From the IMG/VR virus record IMGVR_UViG_3300050025_000126, positions 1-64,000 of that record: a stretch of 64,000 nt of DNA; one strand, 5' to 3'. This stretch comes from a virus. Under the pieces are notes generated by a model. The model searched no databases. It saw only the letters and a list, made by a program, of their open reading frames with translations, and was not told where the DNA came from. Positions 47,355-55,107 of the stretch are shown in pieces. The position numbers and the translations under genes are program-made. Position 1 is the stretch's first letter. Each line of letters opens with the position of its first letter.

Positions 47355-48107
47355 ATGTTACCGTCATTTTTCAAGGAAATTTTAGGAGAGCAAGGCGCCT
47401 CAGTAATGATGCAATTGGCCAAGACGTCTAAAGAGCTTGGGGCCTATCTTACTCCTCGCATCATAGTTAGCTGGCTTAGGCAATCTGAATATGGGGCTAT
47501 GCCTATTCCCGCTGGTTGCCCTCTTACTTCTTTGACTAAAAACGGATACGGCTATTCTGGCACAAGCAATATCCTAGGTCAAGATTATTCTTTTAAAAAT
47601 TCATCGGAAGAACACATTGCAGCAGTTATTGCAGTTGCGTCAAATCAGAAGATAGAGCCGGTCGAGGTCAAAGATGTCGACCTAGCGAGACTAGCTAAAA
47701 CCATTGACCTATTGTGTAAAATTGCTTTAAAGGCTCCTAACGACCAACACGAACGCACCCAGACCGCCTCTAATATCCAGCCCGAAGAGCCTATCCAACC
47801 AGTCCTAAAGCAACCTGCTCAGAATCAAACCAAGACGCCTGTTAAGAGTAGAATCCCTAAGATAAAGAAGCCGTTAGTTAATATTCAAAAGCCCTTGAAG
47901 GTAACCAAGAGCGAATCGGAGAGTCTTTGTTTGGTGTGTGGCGGCAAGATGTTTCAAAAGGGTATTTTCGTTGGTTGCACTTGTTTTAAGCCGATGGCCA
48001 AGAGCGTGAAGACTTCTGTAAGTGGTGGTGGGTATTTACTTACGTTTGATGATGAGTGGGATATGGACGCACATTTAGCTTTGATTGGAGCTTTGAAACG
48101 TGGATAA
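47355..48107 (+). CDS. hypothetical late protein with C-terminal CxxC…CxC
   Basis: ORF after late motif; VTKSE and MAKS motifs. Confidence 0.55.
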   Translation: MLPSFFKEILGEQGASVMMQLAKTSKELGAYLTPRIIVSWLRQSEYGAMPIPAGCPLTSLTKNGYGYSGTSNILGQDYSFKNSSEEHIAAVIAVASNQKIEPVEVKDVDLARLAKTIDLLCKIALKAPNDQHERTQTASNIQPEEPIQPVLKQPAQNQTKTPVKSRIPKIKKPLVNIQKPLKVTKSESESLCLVCGGKMFQKGIFVGCTCFKPMAKSVKTSVSGGGYLLTFDDEWDMDAHLALIGALKRG

Positions 48108-48579
48108 CCAAGAAAAACCAAAATGGCGCAACGTATACGAAACTCTTAAACCAGAGGACCACGACCAATTAGAAGCAAATTCTGCCATTAACGAGTTTAG
48201 GGGTGGACTTCCAAAAGAGGAAGCCGAATCCAAAGCACACCAAGACTACCTCAAGAACCACGCTATGGATAGTGCAGCTTTTCACTATATCGGGATGCGC
48301 GCTGCAACAGCCGCTCAACACGAACCAGCCGCCAAAAAACACGGGGCCGCATACTCCTTGGCTATGAAGCACCTCGGTTTAAACCCGCTAGATGCTCCAC
48401 CCAAAGAAATACTAGATCGCGTGAAGGATGTTGAAAAGTCTCCGTATAAATTCTCTCCACATAGTGCAGATGAATTTTTTGTCCCTAAAATGCCACAACT
48501 TCCAGAGCCAACAGAAGAACAAAAAACTCTAGAGCTAGTTGAAAAGCTTAAATCTATGCGAACAAACAGTCCTAAATAA
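48100..48579 (+). CDS. hypothetical late protein
   Basis: EANSAINEFRGGLPKEEAE motif. Confidence 0.55.
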   Translation: MDNQEKPKWRNVYETLKPEDHDQLEANSAINEFRGGLPKEEAESKAHQDYLKNHAMDSAAFHYIGMRAATAAQHEPAAKKHGAAYSLAMKHLGLNPLDAPPKEILDRVKDVEKSPYKFSPHSADEFFVPKMPQLPEPTEEQKTLELVEKLKSMRTNSPK

Positions 48580-48584
48580 CACAA

Positions 48585-49565
48585 ATGTCGCTCTCAGAAA
48601 CTCCAACGTTTAAAACATGTCCAGACTGTAAAACAAAGAAGCCAAGTTCCGCCTTTAACAAAAATGGAAACAAGCTTCAAGACTATTGTAAAGACTGTCA
48701 CTCAAAACGTCAAAAAGCCTCACGCGAAAAAAACAGCAATAGAAAGAACATTGTAATACCAGATTTTAAAACATGCTCTAACTGTGGCGTTGAAAAACCG
48801 TCTTCATGTTTTTGTAGGTCTAGGGGCAATAGAAGCGGCCTTGGCTCTTTTTGTAAGGACTGTCAGTCCAAACACCAGAAGCGCTCATACGGGAAGAACA
48901 AAGCTAGAAAGTATATTTTAATCCCAGACTTTAAGACATGTCCGGGATGTAACATAGAGAAACCGGGTTGTGTTTTTGGGCAATCTAGGGGCTCGAAGGA
49001 TGGACTTGGTGTATACTGCAAGGTATGCTCGGCTATTCATAACAGAAAGCGTAGATACGGTGTCACGGAAGAGTGGTACCAGGCAATCTTACTCGCACAA
49101 AATTACTCTTGTGCTATTTGTAAAACCAAGACACCTGGTGGTAAGGGCACTTGGCACACAGACCACAACCATTTAACGGGTGAAGTTCGCGGACTGTTAT
49201 GTAACAACTGTAATTCGGCAATCGGTTGTTTTAAAGATTCTACCTTTTTAATCGATAAAGCAATTAAATATCTAAGCCTTCCTATGTCGGGTATTGTCTA
49301 CAAAAAAGCTTCGGCTAAAAACATAAGTGCCGCATTTTTAAAGGCCCAAAACGGTTTGTGTAAAGTCTGCCTAACTGACCTATCTATAAAGGGCTCTTGT
49401 TTAGACCACTGTCACTTAACTGGAATAGTTAGAGGCTGTCTTTGTAGATTTTGTAATTTAGGGTTAGGGCGTTTTGGGGATTTTGGGGATTCAGCATCAG
49501 TAATGCAAAGTGCTATCGAGTATCTAATTAAGTTTGAATCCCTTAAGGTCGCTCCGAAAGTTTAA
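48585..49565 (+). CDS. endonuclease VII-family homing endonuclease with tandem nuclease domains
   Basis: Three FKTCxxC Zn ribbons; two CxxC…DHxHxTGxVRGxLCxxCN domains. Confidence 0.85.
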   Translation: MSLSETPTFKTCPDCKTKKPSSAFNKNGNKLQDYCKDCHSKRQKASREKNSNRKNIVIPDFKTCSNCGVEKPSSCFCRSRGNRSGLGSFCKDCQSKHQKRSYGKNKARKYILIPDFKTCPGCNIEKPGCVFGQSRGSKDGLGVYCKVCSAIHNRKRRYGVTEEWYQAILLAQNYSCAICKTKTPGGKGTWHTDHNHLTGEVRGLLCNNCNSAIGCFKDSTFLIDKAIKYLSLPMSGIVYKKASAKNISAAFLKAQNGLCKVCLTDLSIKGSCLDHCHLTGIVRGCLCRFCNLGLGRFGDFGDSASVMQSAIEYLIKFESLKVAPKV

Positions 49566-49701
49566 TAACCTCCGCGTACCTCTTAGCTGTCATCTTTTTG
49601 CCCTTAGCTAATCCTAGGGCTAATAGGTGTCGTTCTTGCCGCCTACGACGTTCAAGAGTAGGATTAGAATTCTTGAACCGTGTTCTGGTGCGCTTAGACA
49701 T
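49543..49701 (-). CDS. small basic protein
   Basis: MSKRTRTRF…; AAGGA RBS. Confidence 0.45.
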   Translation of the reverse strand: MSKRTRTRFKNSNPTLERRRRQERHLLALGLAKGKKMTAKRYAEVIKLSERP

Positions 49702-50674
49702 TAGTCTTATCCTTGCTGTACCATTCTGTGCGAGCCTTGACTGCACCATCAAAGGCCTTAAGGCAATTCGCTAGATACTTGGCCAAAATATAATCCGGTG
49801 TGTCACTGCCGTTTTCGAGGGTATACTTCTTAATAAGCAGCTTTAGCTCATGGGTGAAGGTAGTTGACTTTTCTTCTACTTTGGATTCTACTGGCTTGAC
49901 GTCTGGAATTGTGGTCTCCTTCTTTACCACACTAGTAATCTTGCGACGATAACGGTCTCCCCCTTTCCCAAATCCCGAATCTCCTACTTTGGCATTGTAA
50001 GGCGTATAATGTCCTGAGGACCCCATCCAGTCGTCACGACGGTATTCAAACTGGTCTCCTTCAATCAACTTCTCCCCAATGTCCAAATAGCGATGCGTTG
50101 CGTCTTGCATACGAATAGGACGACGAATCTCTCCATTCTTTACCCAACTCTTCCCTACAACCATGCCATGCGCCCCAGGGCTAGTAACGGCTTCCCACAC
50201 GCCCCTATTATTCTTCCACTGGTCAGTAGTCGTAGTCGCTACTTCGCCCTCTGCAAGAATACGATATTCAATCTTTTCAACCGGTTTAGCTACAGGTTCA
50301 GAGGTCTTAACCTCAACAACAGGCTTGGTAACTCGCGGGCGACGGTATTGGGCCTCTAGAATGTCTTTCTTTTCTAGAGCTTCCCCGTAAGACGACACAA
50401 TCTTTTGCCACTCCTTTTGATTCCTACACCGGTATTCGTCACCCTTACGCAGCTTGTCACCAGTGCGTAGCTTGATGTAGGGCGAAAGAGTCTTTGGCAC
50501 AGGACGGCGAAACCGGAATCGCAATACTCCACTGTTTTTCCACTTGTTGGGAGTGTTGATTCCATCTCCGGTCCACTTATTTACATCTTCCCACTTATCC
50601 TTAAATGGGTATGCCCACTGGTCTCCAAGCTTAATGGCTTCGTCTGCTCCTAAAATTCTATACTTTGTCTTCAT
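49694..50674 (-). CDS. RRK-module protein (4 modules + C-terminal helical phage domain)
   Basis: Four modules; C-term ELKLLIKKYTLENGSDTPDYILAKYL. Confidence 0.8.
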   Translation of the reverse strand: MKTKYRILGADEAIKLGDQWAYPFKDKWEDVNKWTGDGINTPNKWKNSGVLRFRFRRPVPKTLSPYIKLRTGDKLRKGDEYRCRNQKEWQKIVSSYGEALEKKDILEAQYRRPRVTKPVVEVKTSEPVAKPVEKIEYRILAEGEVATTTTDQWKNNRGVWEAVTSPGAHGMVVGKSWVKNGEIRRPIRMQDATHRYLDIGEKLIEGDQFEYRRDDWMGSSGHYTPYNAKVGDSGFGKGGDRYRRKITSVVKKETTIPDVKPVESKVEEKSTTFTHELKLLIKKYTLENGSDTPDYILAKYLANCLKAFDGAVKARTEWYSKDKTNV

Positions 50675-51084
50675 TGTAGCGGTACCTCGTTCCTTGTGTC
50701 TGCTCGTTTGTATTGTTCCGCTATTGAATTACTACATAAATCAACCAGGTCCTTAATGCACTCCGCTGCGGCATATCGAAATGCTGGATAGCTGATTGGT
50801 TTTACCGTTAGCATAATCGCTTGGATTAGCTCATTGATTTTGTCTGTTTCATCCTTGATTACATTTAGAATAGTAGCAGGCCGGGCTTGGTAAGCTTCTC
50901 TAAGCATAGAGATTGCTTGGCTTTTGAAAGTCTCCATACGGGCCTCAACTTTTTCATTCAAGGCTGTCATTAATTCAGTGTAGTCTTCTTCAAACGCCTT
51001 AGCCTTAGCTGCTGTGGGTTCTTCCTGGGCCTTGATATGGCCAGTCATTTTAATGTTTCTACGTTGTTTCTTGTTCAATGCCAT
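50671..51084 (-). CDS. hypothetical protein (start may be the second Met)
   Basis: Promoter TTGACC-16-TATAAT at 51086-51113 lies 1 nt from first ATG. Confidence 0.55.
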   Translation of the reverse strand: MALNKKQRRNIKMTGHIKAQEEPTAAKAKAFEEDYTELMTALNEKVEARMETFKSQAISMLREAYQARPATILNVIKDETDKINELIQAIMLTVKPISYPAFRYAAAECIKDLVDLCSNSIAEQYKRADTRNEVPLQ

Positions 51085-51093
51085 TATTATACC

Positions 51094-51879
51094 TTAATTT
51101 GAGGAAAGGTCAAGGTTTAAGTTTTTGTATATCAGTTTTACCAGTTCTAAGAAGTCCTCATAAGACATAGCCAACTTGGCGCGATTGCATCTTCCACAAC
51201 AGGAAACACAATTATCGATCTCGTAACCCTTAGAGTTATCTTTTCTGTCTATACCATTGTAGATGTATATTGATTTTTCTATGCCTCTAGCGGTTACGGT
51301 ATTTCCGCTTGATTTAATTATTTGTGAGGGCTCTTTCCCGCAATACCAACACGGCTGCTTTGACAGCCATTTGATGTCGTCAATGCCTAAAGAAAACGTC
51401 AGACTACGTCTTATAGCGTTAGCTTTATAGCTTCGACACAGCCTACGGAAGCTGGATTCTCCATCTGGAAGAGTCCAATTTGCCATTCTATTACAGCCAC
51501 AAGATATTCTTCGCCCTTTTCTTAAACAAAAACCAGTTACTAAGACTTCTTTGCCGCAAAAACACTGACAAATCCATTCGTATGATTTTTGGGAAGATTT
51601 TGATTGACCTATTACTTTAAGATATCCAAAAACAGATCCTATCTTTATAGGTATTTTGTTCTGTTTGCCAACCTTTCTCATTGTTTCAGATTTAATACAT
51701 CCACAAGAGGTCCTTTTATGATCTCTTAGGCTTTTGCTTGTAGCCTCTAACGTTTTATCACTACCACACTCACACCTGCAAAGCCACAGTATTTTATTGC
51801 GGGCAGACCTCTTACCGGTTTTATTTAAAACCCTAAGACGACCATATAGATGTCCTGTAATATCTATTTCAGGTGGCAT
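51094..51879 (-). CDS. HNH homing endonuclease
   Basis: Two GxLxV…WxCxCxCG…SCGC repeats; NGIDRKDNSKGY…NCVSCCGRCNRAK. Confidence 0.85.
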   Translation of the reverse strand: MPPEIDITGHLYGRLRVLNKTGKRSARNKILWLCRCECGSDKTLEATSKSLRDHKRTSCGCIKSETMRKVGKQNKIPIKIGSVFGYLKVIGQSKSSQKSYEWICQCFCGKEVLVTGFCLRKGRRISCGCNRMANWTLPDGESSFRRLCRSYKANAIRRSLTFSLGIDDIKWLSKQPCWYCGKEPSQIIKSSGNTVTARGIEKSIYIYNGIDRKDNSKGYEIDNCVSCCGRCNRAKLAMSYEDFLELVKLIYKNLNLDLSSN

Positions 51880-53040
51880 TTAATCATAATCTCGGATGCT
51901 TTTTCCAATAGGGAACCGAGGAATTCCATAGGCGGTAAGTTGCTGATACTTTATTGTAAGTAACTTGTTTTTCCACTGTTTTGGTTCGTTAAACAACTCC
52001 CTGCGCCTCTCATAAGTAGCCCTTAGGCGTGCTTTAAATTCCGATCCATCCTTGGTCTTACATACAAATGCCCCAACCGTTCCGGCGTCCTTACCTCGGC
52101 CCTCTTCTGCACCAATTATAGGCCACTCGGCTTCCTCAAAATTCTTTAGTTTTTGTAAATAGTAAGAGCGCTTGCCTCCTTCGTAAGGGCCATCTCCGCG
52201 AACCATAGATCCTTCAAAGTTTCCTTCAAGGTTTTTCTCGTGACACGCCATAATTTCATCGTCATTATGACAGATAGCCGTTTCTACAGGAACAAGTGGG
52301 CCACCAAAGCAATTGTAATTATCCTTTAGCCATCTGTCTCTAACAGAAAAAGTACCTTTATTACTTGGTACGTCATAGATATGATAATCCACCTTCTCAT
52401 GACCTGGTCCAGGTTCACTTTGGCGGATAAGACTCATAAGTTCTTCAAATTGATCGTGATACTTGACTGAATAAGCCTCTCCATCAAGAACCAGATCGGG
52501 ATACTTTTTGCCAAAACGTTCTTCAACGGCTTTGACAATATGTGGCAAGGAATTCACCTGTTTTCTGGTGCGACTCCACAGTGTACACTTACCGTTGCTC
52601 AAAACGGCCACTAGACGCGAACCATCATATTTGCTCTGTACGTAAACAGGAAACGTAAGCTTGTGCTTAAAGGTAGGATAGATTTTAGACGGGGCAAGCA
52701 TAACATCAACCCCACCTAAAATAACAGTAGAATCAATCTCTCCGTTTTCTGCATCCTCAAGGCTTTCGACGTATTTCTTCTTTTTTTGTTTGGTCCACCT
52801 CGCTTCTGCCTCTGCCAGAGCCTGTTGTGCCGCCGTGGTCGCATTGGCCCTGCCCTGGTTCTTGCCCGACTTAATCGTCTCAGTGGCTACCTGAATAGCC
52901 CCACCAAGTTGACCATGGCTTACCGTGATTTGGTCTCCATTAACCTGAATCTGCCAGGTTTGAATAGCTCCCGTAGACGACTTTTTATAGAGAATCGGGA
53001 GAGTGTTTGTGTTTACGCCGTTTTTTAGTTCTTGAAACAT
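51880..53040 (-). CDS. ATP-dependent DNA ligase with N-terminal WGR-like domain
   Basis: KYDGSR motif I, LDGE, EGSMVR, LQKLK, OB-fold PRFP. Confidence 0.92.
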   Translation of the reverse strand: MFQELKNGVNTNTLPILYKKSSTGAIQTWQIQVNGDQITVSHGQLGGAIQVATETIKSGKNQGRANATTAAQQALAEAEARWTKQKKKKYVESLEDAENGEIDSTVILGGVDVMLAPSKIYPTFKHKLTFPVYVQSKYDGSRLVAVLSNGKCTLWSRTRKQVNSLPHIVKAVEERFGKKYPDLVLDGEAYSVKYHDQFEELMSLIRQSEPGPGHEKVDYHIYDVPSNKGTFSVRDRWLKDNYNCFGGPLVPVETAICHNDDEIMACHEKNLEGNFEGSMVRGDGPYEGGKRSYYLQKLKNFEEAEWPIIGAEEGRGKDAGTVGAFVCKTKDGSEFKARLRATYERRRELFNEPKQWKNKLLTIKYQQLTAYGIPRFPIGKSIRDYD

Positions 53041-53052
53041 ATGTCCTTTATA

Positions 53053-53529
53053 CTACTTCTTGTTCTTTTTGGCAAGCAATTTCTTTGTACGCTTTGTGAT
53101 TTCTAGGTCTACGAACAACCTGGCCATACGTAGCCGCTTGGGTTCTTCAAATGCGTCAAAAAACCACAAATAAAACAAGGCCTTCTCAATGTTCCTAGGT
53201 GCCTTCCCTACGATGGCGACAATCTTATTACCGCTCTGGTGGTTAAGGCACGAAGAGTCTTGCTTCCAGCGATTCTTTTTGTCTCCCTTACGGAACCTAA
53301 GGGTCTTTCCTGTCTGTTGAAAGTATTCCCTATTGACATACCAACGGGCCTTCTTCAAATCCTCTAGGGGGCTCCATTTGTTTTCAAAACGGAACAGATA
53401 CTTAAAGGCGTTCCCAGGATTAAATCCCATATATCCACACATTTCAATTGCTTCTATACCAGAAGGGTGCGAGGTATAATGCGCTGGGTGGTTTACGGGA
53501 TTGTTGACGAGCTTAGACTTTTTGGCCAT
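53053..53529 (-). CDS. DUF3310 (SaV-like) protein
   Basis: VNHPAHYT…GNAFKYLFR…EDLKKARWY; leaderless after TTTACA-16-TATAAT (53537-53564). Confidence 0.85.
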   Translation of the reverse strand: MAKKSKLVNNPVNHPAHYTSHPSGIEAIEMCGYMGFNPGNAFKYLFRFENKWSPLEDLKKARWYVNREYFQQTGKTLRFRKGDKKNRWKQDSSCLNHQSGNKIVAIVGKAPRNIEKALFYLWFFDAFEEPKRLRMARLFVDLEITKRTKKLLAKKNKK

Positions 53530-53569
53530 ACTGGTAATTATACTCCGTTTGTTGAAATTGTAAAGCAAA

Positions 53570-53720
53570 AGCCTGAGGTAGGGATTGCACCTACACCGTC
53601 GTCGGTTCTGGCCTACGCCTTGATTGGATACTTGGGCCGAGGCCTTGCGCCTGTCAAGGTTGGTAGGATTACTAAGACGAAAGTTCCCTTAAGCCGCTAG
53701 CAGCACTTCGGAACTCAGTT
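53570..53720 (-). ncRNA. tRNA-like RNA (T arm + acceptor-like closure, long body)
   Basis: GTAGG-TGCAATC-CCTAC T arm followed by CTCAGGC; 5' ACTGAG partly complementary. Confidence 0.45.
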
Positions 53721-53722
53721 CG

Positions 53723-53844
53723 TGTACAGGTTTGGAATCGAACCAAAAATTCCACCGGTTCAAGGTGGTGATTTACCTCTGCGTATCTGTAGATGTGGGT
53801 GACTATAGATTCCACAACCCAGATTATCTTTAATCTACCTGCAC
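53723..53844 (-). tRNA. aberrant tRNA with ~50-nt D-loop insertion (anticodon GAA by register, ambiguous)
   Basis: Acceptor GTGCAGG/CCTGTAC, D stem GATT/AATC, anticodon arm CCACC-TTGAACC-GGTGG, T arm TTTGG-TTCGATT-CCAAA. Confidence 0.65.
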
Positions 53845-53853
53845 GTATTAAAT

Positions 53854-53915
53854 TGGTGCGGAACAGCGTCTTATACGGGGCGATAGCGCCTATCTCATAT
53901 AGGTCCGATGTTCCG
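53854..53915 (-). ncRNA. 62-nt acceptor-stem mimic ending ACCA
   Basis: CGGAACA/TGTTCCG stem then CACCA; inner CCTAT/ATAGG hairpin; no T loop. Confidence 0.4.
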
Positions 53916-53917
53916 TT

Positions 53918-54018
53918 TGGGCAGGAGGAAGGAATCGAACCTTCGGTAGAGCGTATTCGTTAGAATCTTGCTCTGGCGGTCGTAATGCTGCTGTGTCTAC
54001 CACTTCACCACTCCTGCC
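53918..54018 (-). tRNA. degenerate class II tRNA-like gene
   Basis: GGCAGGAG/CTCCTGCC acceptor, Leu-type D arm GTGAAGTGGTAGACAC, T arm GAAGG-TTCGATT-CCTTC, long variable arm, defective anticodon arm. Confidence 0.6.
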
Positions 54019-54022
54019 ATAT

Positions 54023-54155
54023 TTGCCCTCTTGTAGCTTTTTATCCGGATTAGTTATGCTACGACTGTAAGGTCGGTAAACGTCATTCCTTACTGTTCTG
54101 CGGATGCTCTCCAGCTGTCAATGACCGACTGGCATATCTACCACCGCAGGGGCAA
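54023..54155 (-). ncRNA. multi-stem structured RNA
   Basis: Closing TTGCCC/GGGCAA; internal CTGCGG/CCGCAG, GTAAGG/CCTTAC, GTAGC/GCTAC stems. Confidence 0.5.
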
Positions 54156-54161
54156 TGTTAA

Positions 54162-54410
54162 TTACTTCTTTGCAATCGGATTAAACAGACTGAACCCAAT
54201 AAAGTAAATAGGTACAACTACCGTCTCTACCAAAAGAGCTGTCCAAATAATATTTCCTACGCTTACCTCATAGCGGATTGTGGGGTCTTTGTTTTCGTCC
54301 TTGTTCAGTAGGCCATATGTAGGCTGACACTTACCTTCGATTACCTTTGGTTCTCCACACCCAACCATTAGACAGGCGCTTAGAACCACGGCAGCAATCA
54401 ACTTCTTCAT
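54162..54410 (-). CDS. small lipoprotein
   Basis: MKK signal, LMVGC lipobox, C-terminal TM. Confidence 0.7.
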   Translation of the reverse strand: MKKLIAAVVLSACLMVGCGEPKVIEGKCQPTYGLLNKDENKDPTIRYEVSVGNIIWTALLVETVVVPIYFIGFSLFNPIAKK

Positions 54411-54628
54411 TACTCTACCACCGGCTCTTCCACAACCTTCTTGGCCCGTGTCTTGACAGGCACTCCAGTTGCTGCACTGCGAAGCTCATACATCCTCTTG
54501 AGGCCCATACGGCTACCATGCTTGAGAGCCAGGGCTTCGTTGACGTCCTTTACAGAGCCGCCAGCCTTAAACGCCGCTAGGGCTTCTGCTTCTCGTTCTT
54601 CTACTACATTCTTTGCTAATCGTCCCAT
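54410..54628 (-). CDS. small putative DNA-binding protein
   Basis: Basic helical 72 aa; promoter TTGACA-16-TATAAT at 54651-54678. Confidence 0.55.
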   Translation of the reverse strand: MGRLAKNVVEEREAEALAAFKAGGSVKDVNEALALKHGSRMGLKRMYELRSAATGVPVKTRAKKVVEEPVVE

Positions 54629-54674
54629 TTTACTTCCTTTCGATTTTGTAATTATATCAGGTTTCTTTTTGTTG

Positions 54675-54830
54675 TCAACCTACGTTTTCGGATTCAGCCG
54701 CCAGCACCTTAGTACCGAGCATTGCGTCAAGCTGGGCCTGTTGCTCCTTGGTTAAGGGTTCTCCTAGCTTTGGAAAACATCGCAAAACATCGTTCTTCTT
54801 TAGGTTCTTTGGTACACTTGTTTTTCCCAT
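54675..54830 (-). CDS. hypothetical 51-aa protein
   Basis: AAGGAG RBS; MGKTSVPKNLKKND…; below ORF-track cutoff. Confidence 0.55.
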   Translation of the reverse strand: MGKTSVPKNLKKNDVLRCFPKLGEPLTKEQQAQLDAMLGTKVLAAESENVG

Positions 54831-54839
54831 TTCGCTCCT

Positions 54840-55040
54840 TCAATTAAGCCACGGATAATAAGTAATGGCCGTTCCATCTTCTAGAACGTCCACAAACCAT
54901 GATTCTTCCCCTGGGTTTACGTCACGTAATACGCCAGCGGTCTTGTCAGATACAATCGCATCCAACATTTTGGCCCCAGGAAGACATCCTCCGTTGAAGC
55001 CAAGCTCTCCGTTCAAAAAGTTCTTTAGATTTGCTTTCAT
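54840..55040 (-). CDS. hypothetical protein, paralog of 7127-7351
   Basis: WFVDVLEDGTAITYYP vs FVIDVLNDGTAISYCP. Confidence 0.7.
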   Translation of the reverse strand: MKANLKNFLNGELGFNGGCLPGAKMLDAIVSDKTAGVLRDVNPGEESWFVDVLEDGTAITYYPWLN

Positions 55041-55062
55041 ATGTTTCCCTTTCGATTTTGTA

Positions 55063-55100
55063 ATTGTATCATATTTTTAAACCACGTCAACAACAATCTT
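55063..55100. promoter_or_regulatory. back-to-back early(-)/late(+) promoter junction
   Basis: Minus: TTGACG-16-TACAAT; plus: CAATCTT 7 nt before ATG 55108; identical 15-mer. Confidence 0.75.
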
Positions 55101-55107
55101 TAAAACG

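Noticed and set aside
53467-53700. + strand 77-aa ORF
   Set aside because: Overlaps the DUF3310 gene and the tRNA-like element on the opposite strand; no supporting signals.
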